Below are positions 44,990-57,950 of a stretch of DNA of 64,000 bases, piece by piece. The translations under genes and the position numbers were made by a program. This DNA comes from Felis catus. Lineage: Eukaryota. The stretch covers positions 184,204,001-184,268,000 of the forward strand of contig NC_058368.1 in assembly GCF_018350175.1 (NCBI RefSeq), given 5' to 3'. Positions within the stretch are counted from its first letter, which is position 1, and each line of letters opens with the position of its first letter. The notes beneath the pieces were generated by a model that saw only the letters and a list, made by a program, of their open reading frames with translations, did not search any database and had not been told where the DNA came from.

Positions 44990-45230
44990 AGAGACAATGT
45001 GGTTTGATTGTTTGGGACTTCAGATCTGCAGGGAAGGTGCTAAGATTAATCTCCCTACTTTAAACTTATCAGTTGTGTGACTTTGAGAAAGTTACTTAAT
45101 CGCTTTGTGCCTGATTTTTCTCATCTAGAAATTGAGAATTCTTTTTATCATACAGAGTTGTGAAGATTAAATGAGATAATGCATGTAAAAAGCCAAGACA
45201 GTTACTAGCATATAATAAATGTTCAGTATT
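44990..45230 (+). mobile_element. MIR (MIRb-like), near full length
   Basis: TGTGTGACTTTGAGAAAGTTACTTAA...TCTCATCT...GTTGTGAAGATTAAATGAGATAATGCATGTAAA. Confidence 0.85.
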
Positions 45231-45956
45231 TCTTTTCTTTTGTTTCATTTTAGATATGAAAATGCTTTATGAAAGAAAATACTTTATTAATGAAAAACAT
45301 TATTATTTAAGACATATTGATTCTTATTCCAGTCAGGAATATAATGTATAATATATTACAGTCACACCCTAAGATTAGAAAATATTCCCCCAATACTCTT
45401 TTCTTTATGTATAAAAATGCATTTAGAATGGGTTTCAAAGAAAGAATTCCCATTTAAATTTAATGTGATGCAGCCACATGTTTTCTTGCTGGCAATATCT
45501 TATTTCATTTTTAGCTTTCACCTAATTCCTTATACTTTATTCTGAAGATTCATTACTATGCAAATACATATGCACTATATTCAAGTACATGCTTTGAGGA
45601 TTATGTTACATTATATCATATCACAATTAAACAGCTTGCATCCAGTTTTCTCAAATTACAACTGTTTTATGTAAGTTAGTACAAGTTACACAGTCCAATC
45701 AATAACCAAGATATTCCCTTTGAACTAGGATAACACAAAAATGATTCTCCACATGTATTAATGATGAAAATTTTATTAAAAATCAATTGTATTATAAAAA
45801 TATATTTGTTGGCTGTTGATTATTATGAACAGACAATCTTAAATCTAATTAAAAATCTATATTTATAATATTAATTTATTATGGTTGTTCTGATTTTTCA
45901 GTTTTTTACATCAACTAAAATTCTCATTTATCTTCTTCATCTTGCATGTTGTTTGG

Positions 45957-46059
45957 GTACCATTTCTATTATTGTATAATATCCCCAGTTCATATATAAT
46001 AAAAAGAGTACCACTTCTATTATTATATAATATCCCCAGTTTGTATATAATAAAAAAGA
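45957..46059. repeat. Two-copy ~51-bp tandem duplication
   Basis: GTACCA(T/C)TTCTATTATT(G/A)TATAATATCCCCAGTT...TATATAATAAAAAGA at 45957-46007 and 46008-46059. Confidence 0.95.
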
Positions 46060-46894
46060 AGTGAAAAGAAATAATGTTAAAAGCTGTTTTATTTCCTACT
46101 TACTTGCATTGGGACTGATAAAATATTGGAGGGGAAAGAGCTAAAACAAATAGTTTTAAAGACTAATTATTGATTTCATCTTTCATGGCTTTAGGTAAAA
46201 AGGTGTTGGGAAAAGAGGGTTATTCAACCACTCAAACAAAAATTAGGTTTCTTCGCATTCATTTACAAGATTTCAAATATTAAACACCAGTATATTGAGA
46301 TTTCTCAGTTCAAAGTTTATTATAATAGAATGGCACAGAATACTTGAAATCAAAGTATCTAAGACATATGGTCTTTTAGCTAAATAGCAATTAAGTCTTG
46401 TGAATTACTTTCAAACAGAGCATTTTATTGGCAACATATTTAAAATTAAGTAAATAGTCCTGTGGTGATTCTGTTTAATCCTACCAGTATGAAGAAATAT
46501 CTGCATATATTAAAATATTTAAAAGATCCTACTGTGTAGACTTTTATTGGCTCCTTTCGCTTAGTACTGACCACAGCATCAGGCACATACTGAGTGCCTA
46601 TTAAATATTTGTTTAATTGAATGAATGGACTATAGCCAACTCAACTTGGTTACTTCCTACCATGAGAAAGTGACACCTTTGGAAATTCAGGCTGGGTCTG
46701 CAATACATGACCAAGCATTACATTATGTTAGAAATGCATGCCTCATCTCAACTAGTAGTGATGAGACCATTCCTATTCCTTATGAATAATATTGGGAATT
46801 TTTTTTATTTAACCCAGTAAAAAGTTGTATGCCAGGAAACATAAATATATATAAAACTAAAAGAAATTTCACTATCATTTAAATGTTTCCTCTT

Positions 46895-46991
46895 ATTTTG
46901 CTTAGCATAATATTCTCTAGCTCTATCCATGTTATTGCAAATGGAAAGATTTCATTCTTTTTTATGGCTGTGTAATATTCCATTATATGTA

Positions 46992-47055
<64 letters not shown>

Positions 47056-47567
47056 TATATACATACATACACACACATCTTCTTTATTCATTCATCAGTT
47101 GATGGACATTTGAGCTGTTTCCATAATTTGGCTATTATAGAATAATACTACTATAAACATCAGGGTGCATGTATCCTTTTGAATTACTACTTTTGTATTC
47201 TTTGGATAAATACCTAGGAGACAATTGCTGGATCATAGGGTAGTTCTATTTTTAAATTTTTTGAGAAACCCAAATGATTTCACTCATATGTGGAATTTAA
47301 GTGAATTAAACAAATGAGCATAGGGAAAAAAAGAGAGAGAAAGGCAAACCAATAAAGAGACTCTTCACCATAGAGAACAAACTGATGGTTACCATATGGG
47401 AGAGGGGTGGGGAGATAGGTTAAATAGGTGACAGAGATTAAGGAATGCACTTGTTGTAATGAGCACTGGGTACTATATGTAAGTGTTGAATCACTAAATT
47501 GTACACCTGAAACTAATATTACACTGCATTTTAAATAAAAACTTAACTGGAATTTAAATAAAAACTT
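46895..47567 (+). mobile_element. Carnivore L1 3' end with inverted 5' segment (46895-~47271 antisense, ~47272-47567 sense)
   Basis: Antisense ORF2-end sequence abuts sense ATGATTTCACTCATATGTGGAATTTAAG 3' UTR; TSD AAAT(G/A)TTTCCTCTT at 46881-46894 and 47568-47581. Confidence 0.9.
46984..47078. repeat. Compound (TG)n(TA)18(CA)n microsatellite inside the L1
   Basis: Uninterrupted purine/pyrimidine alternation. Confidence 0.97.
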
Positions 47568-47627
47568 AAATATTTCCTCTTTTTGAGATTCCCTTCCTGG
47601 GTACACATATAGTACAACTGCTATGTC

Positions 47628-47844
47628 TTTTTTTTTTTTTAATTTTTTTAAGGTTTATTTCTTTTTTGAGAGGAGAAGAATGTGAACCGGGCAGGGACAG
47701 AGAGAGAGAGAGGGAGACAGAGGATCTGAAGAAGACTTTGCACTAACAGCAGAGAGTCCAATGTGGGCCTTGAACTCAGGAACTGTGAAATCATGACCTG
47801 AGCTAAAGTTGGACACTTAACCAACAGAGCCACCCAGGTGCCCC
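47628..47844 (-). mobile_element. SINEC
   Basis: polyT, GAGA tract, ...ATCATGACCTGAGCTAAAGTTGGACACTTAACC...GAGCCACCCAGGTGCCCC. Confidence 0.93.
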
Positions 47845-48094
47845 ACAGCTGCTGTTTCCACTATTAACCTTTAGTTATATTTTGCTATATGATAAGTACT
47901 GAGTTAATTATTCTACCACTAGTTATCATATTTCATGTACAAGTTTAGTTTGGGGGACATTTATATATAATATAAATCAGAACCATTTAAAGAATTGCAA
48001 ATAACCTGGTAATCTTACCTGTGCCAAATTTTACATATAAACATTTCATTAATACATGTTTTTATATGCATGAAAAATTAAAACTTAAGGAAAT

Positions 48095-48509
48095 TGTTAT
48101 GTGTTGAATTGTGTCCCCTTCTCTCAGATTATTATGTTGAAATCCTAACCCCTAGTACTTTATAATATGACCGTGTTTAGACACAGTGTCTTTAAAGAGG
48201 TATTTAAATGAAAATGAAATCATTAGGATAGGCCTTAATCTGTCTAGCATTCTTACCAGACGAGGAAATTGGGCACATAGACACATACAGAGGGAAGACT
48301 AACTGAAGACATGGGGAGAAGATGACCATCTATAAGCCAAGGAGAGAGTCCTGGAACAGATCCATTCCTCATGGCCCTCAAAAAGAACCAATACTACTGA
48401 AATTTTGATCTTGAACTTCTAGACTCCTGACCTGTGAGAAAACAAATTTCTGTTGTTCCAGACACCAGTCTGTAGTATTTTGTTACAGCAGCCGTAGCAA
48501 ACTAATACG
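48095..48509 (+). mobile_element. MLT1A/B-type MaLR solo LTR
   Basis: TGTTATGTGTTGAATTGTGTCCCC start; AAGCCAAGGAGAGAG; AAATTTCTGTTGTT...TTTGTTACAGCAGCCGTAGCAAACTAATAC end. Confidence 0.9.
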
Positions 48510-49304
48510 GAACAAAAATGTGTCATTATTATTTTTAAGACTAGTGTTTAAATTTTTTCATTTTCTCATAGTGTTTTCTTTCTCTTCAGTAGTTTATAAT
48601 GTATACCAAATGACTGAGGACAATAGTCCCAGGTTAAGGAAGAATGCTTATTGTTAGTTCCAATGCGTAGAATTCTCCTTTCTATATGAGTTCTGTTCAG
48701 CTCCTGGCAGATCTATGCAAAGTTGATGTGATGGCAATGGCTTGTATATACAGTAAGTGACATTATCAAAGAGTCAATAAAATGCACAGTTTTTTTCTAA
48801 TGTAACACAAATTTTGGAATATAAGGACATTCTTAATACAATAGGAGAACCATTACCACATACAATAGTTTTGCTTTATTAACAGCTTTGTTCATGTTAG
48901 CAATTTTGATCTAATTTAAGTGATGTTCCCATTATAGTGGCAAATTGTGTTTTCATTAATACAGTGAGAAAGCCGTTAATATGAAAATTGCTCATTCAGA
49001 ATCACATTAGTGAAGTGCTTATCTTATTATCACTAAACTGATTCTAACCTAGGTGCTAAGCAATCTGAGTTGAAACATCCTAAGCAAAGGAGTCATCATA
49101 CTTCTTCAGCAGGCTTTTACTGGCTTTCATATGGTTTCCTGACAGCTTTTACTGCATTTTTAAAGTCATGTAAATTAATAACACCACTATTAGCTTATTC
49201 CTGAATCTTATTCTATAAATTTTATATAAGGACACATACGTCCACAACTTCACATTTGGATCTCCTAACTACCTTCAGCATATCTTCAGAATATAAATAA
49301 GTTG

Positions 49305-49780
49305 TATGTATGAGTTTGGGTTCTCTGGTTGTAAGCCACAAAATCTAACTCCCCCTTATGCCCCCTTATGCAAAAAAATATGTATCAAAAGGCTATGAGG
49401 AAGTTCACAGAATAAATGGGTGCAACAGGCTTAGAAATATAAAATAAGAGATTTCTAGAGGGCTCCAGAAGGGCAACCAGAACAATGATCATTATAATAA
49501 CAATGGTTGGTCAGCCTGCTCTGTCAGAATGAATGATTGTTCCATCCTTTGTTTTTCTATCAAGTCACAGGCCTCAATTTCCTTACAGATATCTGATTTT
49601 CTCAGCTTAGGTTCTGTGTCTGGATGCTTGCTATGCTAAAATAATAGGAAGTATCTGTCCACTTTTGCATCCACCATTGAAGAGCACACAAAATGGCAGA
49701 GAGGAACTAAAATGCATGGTGCTGTTGAGAAGGAAGTAATGGAATTCCTACCCTAAGACTTAAAGATTCCAATACAATTA
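49305..49780 (-). mobile_element. Old MLT1 (K/L-like) LTR remnant
   Basis: GGTTCTCTGGTTGTAAGCCACAAAATCTAACTC...AAAGGCTAT...TTCACAGAAT start. Confidence 0.4.
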
Positions 49781-49821
49781 TAAAATATATAGTGAATGAA
49801 TATTCTATCTTATGGCAAAAT

Positions 49822-50170
49822 TGTGGTAGGCATTATTTTCACTCACAATTACCTGGCAATCCAAAAGTTTCATCTACTAGAATCACTGTTATGTGATTTT
49901 CTTTGACCATATGAGCAAAAGTGATGTGTGTTTCACATCTCCAGTAAGTTTTTATTTACAGGTACTCAATCCTCCAATTCTCCTTTTCCTACCTCTAAAA
50001 CCACCAAATCTGGAAGGCAACCTTCCAGGTGGTGAAGCCTCTGTCAGTTGGGACCCCAGGATGTAGTAAAGTAGAGACTTTCTACTAAAGTAGAACATAT
50101 AACAAAAACAAGAAACAGATATTGTCCAAATCACAGAGATATCGTTGGTTTTATTATGGCAACTCATCTT
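49822..50170 (+). mobile_element. Old MLT1 (I/J-like) LTR remnant
   Basis: TGTGGTAGG start; ATGTGATTTTCTTTGACCA...GAGCAAAAGTGATGTGTG; TTCCAGGTGGTGAAGCCTCTGTCAG. Confidence 0.55.
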
Positions 50171-50814
50171 AGAAACATATGTGAAATGGCAGAAGGAATA
50201 TAAACATTGTTAAAATTAAAAGCTCTGGTTATAATTTAATATATAACCTTGAACAATCTTGTAAATTTCTTTGTGTCTGTTTCTTCATTTATAAAGTGGG
50301 ACAATAGATACCAACAGCATAGATACAATGTTATGACATTACCTAACCCTATCAAGTGAAAAGGACAAAAAGCTAAAGTCAGAACATTTGGAAATACCAG
50401 TATTTGAAATAAGTGTAGAAAAAAATGGTTGTTTAAGGAGACTTGAGGTCAGCATCTAGAGAATTAAAAGTAAAACTAGGAGAGGTAAGAACTATAGAAT
50501 AGGAAGAAAAAGAAATCATACAGAAGTAACAAGATAAAGTATGAATACGCATCCAATATATGACAACTAGGGATTAATCAATGACTTTATCATTAGCAAA
50601 TGGACTACTTCATATTTGTTCCAAGAGGATATAAGGCACTTTATATTAAAATATTAAGAACTAAGAACACAATTACATGGGGAAAATTGAAAATATCCTA
50701 ATTATGGTGGGATTTGGGAGGAAAAGTATGCAAAGGAAAGATAGAAAGCTAAAACTATAAATGATCAAAAATATTTCTGAGCACCTTGATGCCCATGTTA
50801 AAAAGGAAACATCA

Positions 50815-51023
50815 AGGGTGCCTGGGTGGCCCAGTCAGTTAAGTGTCCAACTCCTGGTTTCAGCTCAGGTCATGATCTCACAGTTGACGGGATCAAGCCC
50901 TGCATCAAGCTTTGCTCTGACAGTGTGGAGCCTGCTTGGGATTTTCTCTCTGCCCCTCCCCACTTGTGTGCACGCTCTCTTTCTCTCTCTCTCTCAAAAA
51001 ATTAAAAAAAAAATAAACATTTA
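50815..51023 (+). mobile_element. SINEC
   Basis: Full SINEC; TSD AAAAAGGAAACATCA at 50800-50814 and 51024-51038. Confidence 0.95.
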
Positions 51024-51874
51024 AAAAAGGAAACATCACATATTAAAAGAAGGCATATGTTAAATAAGATACATTTTGTGAAAATATTTTCACATAGATC
51101 TCTATGAGAGGCATCATGAAATAAGTCAAAAGATGGTGACCTCCTAAAACCATTGTTTTCCCTATGGTTGTTACTTTCATTATTTTTGAGAAAATTTTCA
51201 TACTAAATGGAAATAACATTATGTGATAGCATTTCAGTGAGGCATGGTAGAATTAATTGTATAACTAAGGTTCTAATTTGTGATGAATCTAGAGAGTTTT
51301 TGAACTAAGTATGCTAAAAACTAAGATGTGTGTGACACTAAAATGTTTTCAAAGTTAGTTTTCACCATCTCCTGAATGTATCTAAGTGTATATTATTTTG
51401 GTCAGATAACTTAGTCTGAAAATAATACATCAATTTCTCACCCCAACACTAGAATTAAAAATTCAAAAATCTTCAAATTTATAAAACCTTGCATCACAAT
51501 TGGGTCAAGAGTTTTATTCTGAGTTCTTCCCTGAAAGGTAATGGTCTGGCAATACCACCTTTGCAACTCATTTTGTCCATTTTTAAAATGGGAAAAAAAT
51601 CCTAACCACTTTTGAATAAAAGATAAAGCACACTCCCTGAGCATAAATTGACAATCTTGAAGAGTATAAATTCAATCATGAACAATTGCATTAGACCGCA
51701 TTTAACTTCTAATGCCTCATGTCATGTCCTTTAAAAGAGAGCTAATTTATAATAGCTTGTGATTGTCCCATAATTTCTTTTAAGCAAATTTAAATTTTTT
51801 TTTACTGTACTTCAACACAGTCTCTTTTCATTCCCCCTAAATGATTTAGCTTTGGATTAAAATCTTCCAGGGAG

Positions 51875-51876
<2 letters not shown>

Positions 51877-51920
<44 letters not shown>
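51877..51920. repeat. (GT)22 microsatellite
   Basis: Pure GT run. Confidence 0.95.
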
Positions 51921-51923
<3 letters not shown>

Positions 51924-52819
51924 ATCGAGTTAATAGTAGTGCTACAATATAATTTATGAGAGTGAAAATGAGAAATTGTTACCTTTTACTTTCCAACAGA
52001 GCCTACATGAATTAGGTGAAATATGTCCCCTGTGTATTTATTTCTAACTTAGATTGGAGTTCTTTCATCTTTTTTATCATGTGTACACAGATTGCATGCT
52101 ATGGAATCAGGCTGATCCAACCAACCTATTAGACACATACTGTGTTTTCAATGTAGGCACTGTAAGGAGGCAGAGTTTCAACTTGGAACCTTGCCCTGGA
52201 TCATCCCAGGGTTGGGGCCCATTACTATGGCAAGTCTTAGAGTTTATTGCTGATCACTGCAAAAAAAAAATGGACATGTAGACTTTGGGATCTTAAGATT
52301 TTCCCTTTTTCTTTTAGGGGACAGATGTGTCATTCAAGTCCCAGGAATAATGATGTACATAAACTACACATCAGGAGCAGCTGTGTTCAGAGACAGTGAG
52401 TCCTCATCAGCATTGTATCCAGTACATTCTAGACCACCTACAGGTCATTCTCTCCTTATTACTGTCTGGATTGACTCCAAAAATATTTTTAATGAGATTT
52501 TCATTGAATTTCAAATCAATGTGCCAAATTAAAGAGAGAGCAGAGAGTAAAAAAAAATGGATATAATGGGGTTACAAAGTGGAAAGTATAATGGTCACTA
52601 ACTATTGAAATTAGATTTTATTACTGTCTTTTTCCCCCTCTGTGGGAATAAGATATGGTATTTGTCCTTATTCTGAAATTATAGTAAAATATGAAAGTGT
52701 TGTAGGGGGTGGGGAAGCATTGTACTAGTTAATGTCCTGTTGCTCAATAAAGATGATCTTTTCCTATGGGCAGTATATTCATGTCTAATGCATTTTTTCT
52801 GCCTGTTGCTAGCTCTATT

Positions 52820-53011
52820 TTTATTTATTTATTTTTTATTTTATTTGAGAGAGATGGGGGAAGGGGCAGAGAGGATAGACAGAATCTCAAGCAGGCTCCG
52901 TGTTGTCAGCAAAAGCCTGACTTGGGTCTCAGTCTTCCGGAACAGTGAGATCATGACCTGAGCTGGTACCAAGAGTCGGACACTTAACTGACTGTGCCAG
53001 CCAGGTGCTCC
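52820..53011 (-). mobile_element. SINEC
   Basis: Antisense SINEC; TSD TGCTAGC(T/C)CTATT at 52807-52819 and 53013-53025. Confidence 0.93.
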
Positions 53012-53565
53012 ATGCTAGCCCTATTATTATCCCATTGTGAATGTTTCCCACCCAGGTTTTAACCTACTATTTTTGAGAACAGGTATTCAAATCTCTGCTT
53101 ATTTTAAGCAGAGATATTTGTGGGCTTTTTCACTCTTCTAGGATTTTCTTTATAACTTCCTAGCAACTGGGAATTCCACAGGTCCTGTTCTCTTTGGTCC
53201 TGTAGCAGATAATAACCAACAGAATTAGTTACTGGAAACAAGTTTGGCTCACAAGCTATTAAACTTCAGGCTGAGGTTGCTTGACAGTTTATTTCCAGAT
53301 TTCTGATACCAAAGTTTGCCTGTTCATTGTAACTCTTTTGCTATTGTCTGTTGGAAAACTTATGTTGTTCTACTACAGAATATATTATTGGGTGATTTTG
53401 CAAAGATACAAGCTGCCTGTCAATTTCTTTGAGTATATGCTCATTATATACAGAGACCAAGTTCCAGAATATCTTAATAAGGTTTGTCATGTAGGGAAAA
53501 TAATGCAATCATATTGACCCTCAGGATTGGAAAATAATTTGTTTATTAAAATGTAGGTGGTTGTA

Positions 53566-53780
53566 GGGGCTCCTGGGTGGCTCAGTTGGTTAAGGATCCA
53601 ACTTTGGCTCACATCATGATCTCATCGTCTGTGAGACTGAGTCCCTTGTTGGGCTCTGTGCTGACAGCTCAGAGCCTGAAGCCTGCTTCTGATTGCGTGT
53701 CTCCCTCCCTCTCTGTTCCTCCCCCGCCCATGCTCTGTCTCTCCCTCTCTCTCAAAATTAAATAAACATTTGAAAAAATT
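53566..53780 (+). mobile_element. SINEC (felid type)
   Basis: GGGGCTCCTGGGTGGCTCAGTTGGTTAAG...GCTGACAGCTCAGAGCCTG...; decayed TSD AAATGTAGGTGGTTGTA / AAATGTTGGTGCTTGTA. Confidence 0.95.
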
Positions 53781-54004
53781 TAAATGTTGGTGCTTGTATA
53801 TTTGGGTGCTTTCTCACTGAAGCTCTTCTAAGTAGCTTTTTCATTTAATAGACATAGCTTGTCTGTGTGTGAAGTAGCTCTGAACTTTCCAACTTAAATT
53901 ATGTTGTTCTCAGGGTCTTCTTACCTTCAACTTTATTGTGTCTATTTTTACTTCCTGTTACCTATTCTGATTCCGTATATATTCATTTATTTTGGTTGCC
54001 CACA

Positions 54005-54522
54005 TTAGTAACAGAATCAGATCCAGAGACAAGGATTTGAGTGTAAGTTCATTTTAGAGGTGATCTCAGGAACAATGGTAGAGAAATAGGAAAGTGAGAT
54101 ATGGAAGGGAAAGAAGCCCAAAAAGGATGAGTTAAGAAACTGATTATGTTGTTGAAAACTGGGGCTAAAGCTTGTTGGAGACCCCTGGGAATTGAACAGA
54201 ACACGCTTCATAAATATGCCACCCCAACAGTGGGCAAGCTGGGGCACTTACCCTCTTGTCTCCTTTCATCATTGGTTTGGGTTTGCTTCCCGGGGATCGT
54301 TACCTCCCTAAACTTTTAAGCCTGTCCCATGTTTGAGCAAAGGATGCCAGATAAAGCCTCTAGGGAGTAAGCTGCATTTACTTGCTGGAAGCAAAGACTA
54401 TACTTTCAGGGTTCATTTCTATAGTTTCTCTGAATACATAGAGTACTTGCGAAAGCAGACATCAGTGTGTGCTGAAACGGTGAAAAGTGACAGAAATGGA
54501 TGGGGGCACACACAGCTTCACA
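54005..54522 (-). mobile_element. LTR16-family (ERVL) solo LTR
   Basis: GAGACAAGGATTTGAGTGTAAG...GAGGTGATCTCAGGAA...AAGTGAGA...GGAAGGGAAAGAAGCC...AAGCTGGGGCA. Confidence 0.7.
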
Positions 54523-55836
54523 ATAGTTATCAACCCTAGGATTTCCCTTTCAACAATTGCGGTTCTTAAGGTTTTGACAATAAAATGTAAAGCAGCAACT
54601 ATTGATATAGCTTGAAGAAGCTTAGGATAATGTACTAATTTTTAGTTATGAATATTACAGAGCTGGGACATTGATATTTTCCAGTTAGCCCAACAATGGG
54701 CATGCCAAAGTGGGCAGTGTATTCAGCAATCCCTAATGAGCAAACACAGAAATCTGTGCTTAAATCTCTGAAGCTTTCCATTCACACAGCCTATTTTGAG
54801 TGAAAAAAGCCTTCTTTCCACATTTCTTGGAGCCTGTCACGAGATGTTTTCCTAATCAACCCATCAGTGTTCGTGCTGTTCTTTTCTTACTCACCTACCA
54901 GGTGTCTTTAATTCTCAAATATTGGATGATGCAACTGGAATGACTTCAGCATTAAGTTTTTTTTTTTTAATTCATAAAACTAAAATGTGCTATGAGAGTT
55001 CTAATTTCAGGTGTGACTATACCCAAGGACTTGGTAGCAATCACGACCTGTTTCTCAACCTAAATCCTTTGCTCTCTTGCTCCTTGGCTCTTTTCTCAGA
55101 TTGACAATCCCTTTACAATGACAAAATGCCAAAATGTCAACCATGAGTTCCCAATATTATACTCAGAGCTCTGATTCAGCGGAAAAGAAATCTTAATTCC
55201 CACCAACAGTTAAAACAAAACCCTAGACCTGACCCACAGACGTACAATTAGATAATTGCATTGCATTTTGAACCCTAAATCCCTGAATACTGTCATTGGA
55301 AAACATAATGATGTTATTGTCTAGACTAGAGTCATGAGCTTCCCTGGAAGTGATTGGTTGTTTGTGAGAAGGTGAGGGGAAGTAGAGTAGGGTGCAGTCT
55401 AGGTCTTCTAGAAGATCACAGATTGAAAGGAGAGCAGAGGTCAGTTTGAGTTGCATTTTCTATCACTTGATTGTCCACATGAAAATGAAGGGACAATTAT
55501 GAAAAGAAGATAGTACAGATTTTGATTAGTGTACTGAGTGTTAATCTCTACAGTATGGCATCGCTTCCATACATCCTACTACTGTTTTCGACTATATTTT
55601 TACTCCCCCTTTCCTACCTGTATCAACACTTACAAATAGCTCCAGCTAAATATGGTGCTTTCTGCCCCAGGATGCCATTGAAGAACAACTATAGCTTCTC
55701 AGACCACTTTATCCCCAATCTAGAAGTGGTCCCCATTGGCAAACCTCTCAGTAGGTTCCCTAGCCTACAAATCGGATTTGTGCACTCCCCAAATTGGAAC
55801 AACCATTTTAAGCTATTTCAAAACACATCATTGTGA

Positions 55837-56006
55837 GGGGGTGCCTGGGTGGCTCAGTCACTAAGCATCTGACTTTGGCTCAGGTCATGATCTTGTGGTT
55901 CACGAGTTCGAGCCCTGCATCTGGCTCTCTACTGTCAGCTCAGAGCCTGGAGCCTGCTTTGGATTCTGTGTCTCCCTCTCTTTCTGCCCCTCCCCCACTC
56001 ATGCAT

Positions 56007-56054
<48 letters not shown>

Positions 56055-56078
56055 AAACAAATTTTAAAAAATTTAAAA
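55837..56078 (+). mobile_element. SINEC (felid type)
   Basis: Full SINEC with long (CT)n; flanks AAAACACATCATTGT / AAAACACTACATTGT. Confidence 0.95.
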
Positions 56079-56673
56079 AACACTACATTGTCAATACATT
56101 TTAAAAACCTAATAATTCTATAACTATTAAATTGTATTAAATTTAAACAAAGCACAAGAAGCAACCTACCCATGTGTGAATTACTTTTACTCTCAGAATG
56201 ACACCGAAGTTCAAAAACTCTTCCTGTACAAAATTGTTTTCCAATGGGTCAGGTTTTTTTTAATGAAACTAGAAGGAAATTGATATTTTTTATTTATGAA
56301 AAATCTAAATAGTTCTCCAAATAGGAAACTGCCTGATTGTCTATCAGATATTATGTACTACTCCCCAAGTCTTCATACTGTTTACTATGATTAGTCATTT
56401 CGTCATTTAAGATTTATAAACTAGTCTCAAATCCCTATGCTACAGAATCTGGTAAACTCAATGTCTCTCACAATACCTTTGCAATTTCTTGTGACTGACA
56501 AGTATTAATTGAATTGAACACCTCATTGCTGTTGGCTCATTTCCTGATCCTAGGTGAATTCTTTTTTCTTCATTTTACATCTCACTTCTTGCTCAGGACA
56601 TCTATGCTGGACTGTAACCCAGTTTCTTTAATTTCTTAAGTGAGGAAACATCAGACTTCTACTATATGTAGGT

Positions 56674-56859
56674 CAGAAGTTCTCAAACTTTATCACACGG
56701 TATAATCCTCTGGAGAGCTTCTTGAACCTGGATTCCTGCACCCCAACCCCAGAGTTTCTGATTCAGTAGGTCCAGATGGCTCCTGATAATCTGCATTTGC
56801 AACAGGTCCTATATAATGCTTAGGCTGCTGGTCAGGAGATCACACTATGAGAAACACTT
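56674..56859. mobile_element. MER5A (hAT) element
   Basis: GTTCTCAAACTTT...CCCCAGAGTTTCTGATTCAGTAGGTC...GCTGCTGGTC...CACACTATGAGAAACAC. Confidence 0.85.
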
Positions 56860-57310
56860 ATTTAGAGCAATAAGGTAGGGTCAAGGGAGTGTTGCCTTAC
56901 TATAAAGATAACTTAAAATTGAAAAATAGATTTCCTAGTTTTAAAAGTCCCTCAACCATTTCCATCTTCAGAAATTTCTCAGTAGTCATATTGCCACTTA
57001 AGAATAGGTCTGTTCTCTCTCTTTCTCTGGCTCCCTCACTCCTTTCTGAATGACTGACTTGGGAAATTCAAAACTCCTCTTACTTTATTATATAGGATAC
57101 ATAGCTATTAATGTCTCTCTGCCTCAGACTTAGCCCATCCTGGTCAAGCCAATGGGCTATTTATTCTTCCAAACTTCTTTGCTAAATATTGTTTATTTCT
57201 GCTACCGGCTCTTAAACTAATAGTTTAATTCTCTCAATTATATTTTATAATAAATGATGAAATTTTTTTTCTGTTTCATAAATCTAAGCATATGTAGCTA
57301 GTTTAGAATC

Positions 57311-57490
57311 CCTTCTTTCTTTATCTCTCTCTCCTTCTTTCTTTCTTTCTTCTTTTTTTTGGGGAGAAAGGGAAAGTGGGAAGCAGAAGGAGAGAGAGAG
57401 ACATGGGGCTCAATCTCACGACCATGAGATCATGACCTGAGCCAAAATCAAGAGTCAGATGCTCAATCCACTGAGCCACCCAGGTGCTTC
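57311..57490 (-). mobile_element. SINEC with internal deletion and pyrimidine-rich tail
   Basis: GGGGCTCAATCTCACGACCATGAGATCATGACCTGAGCC...GAGCCACCCAGGTGC; TAGAATC on both flanks. Confidence 0.88.
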
Positions 57491-57689
57491 TAGAATCTTA
57501 TTTTCATTGCATGTATCATTTACTACATGTCTATGATTATGATAATAAATATTGTCTGGATTAATATACACATACATTTTTGATTTTACCTTACAGATTA
57601 ACCTTGGAAAATAACAACGTTTATTCAAAGTGAAAGAGGCAGAACAACGAAATTATACTTCCTAAGTATCAAGGCTGTCCTGACCTAAA

Positions 57690-57950
57690 GGCAGTGTAAC
57701 TTTACAATTAAACCTAGGATCCTAAACCAGACTGCCTGACTTCAAATCCAGCTCAGCAACTTTCTACCTGTGTGAAGCTAGGAAAGTTAACCTTCTTGGT
57801 CTGTTTTTGTTTTTCCTTCTATAGAATATAGATGATTATATTATCTTCATTATAGGGTCATTGAGTGATTAAATTGTGTGTGTGTATGTGTGTGTGTGTG
57901 TGTGTGTGTGTATGACCCTTAAACAGTACATCATGAATACTTAATATATA
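57690..57950 (+). mobile_element. MIR containing a (TG)n microsatellite (~57875-57912)
   Basis: CCAGACTGCCTGACTTCAAATCCAGCTC...CTGTGTGA...AAGTTAACCT...ATAGGGTCATTGAGTGATTAAA. Confidence 0.75.

Noticed and set aside
45957..46059. Direct repeats as a CRISPR-like array
   Set aside because: Two abutting copies with no spacers, in mammalian DNA
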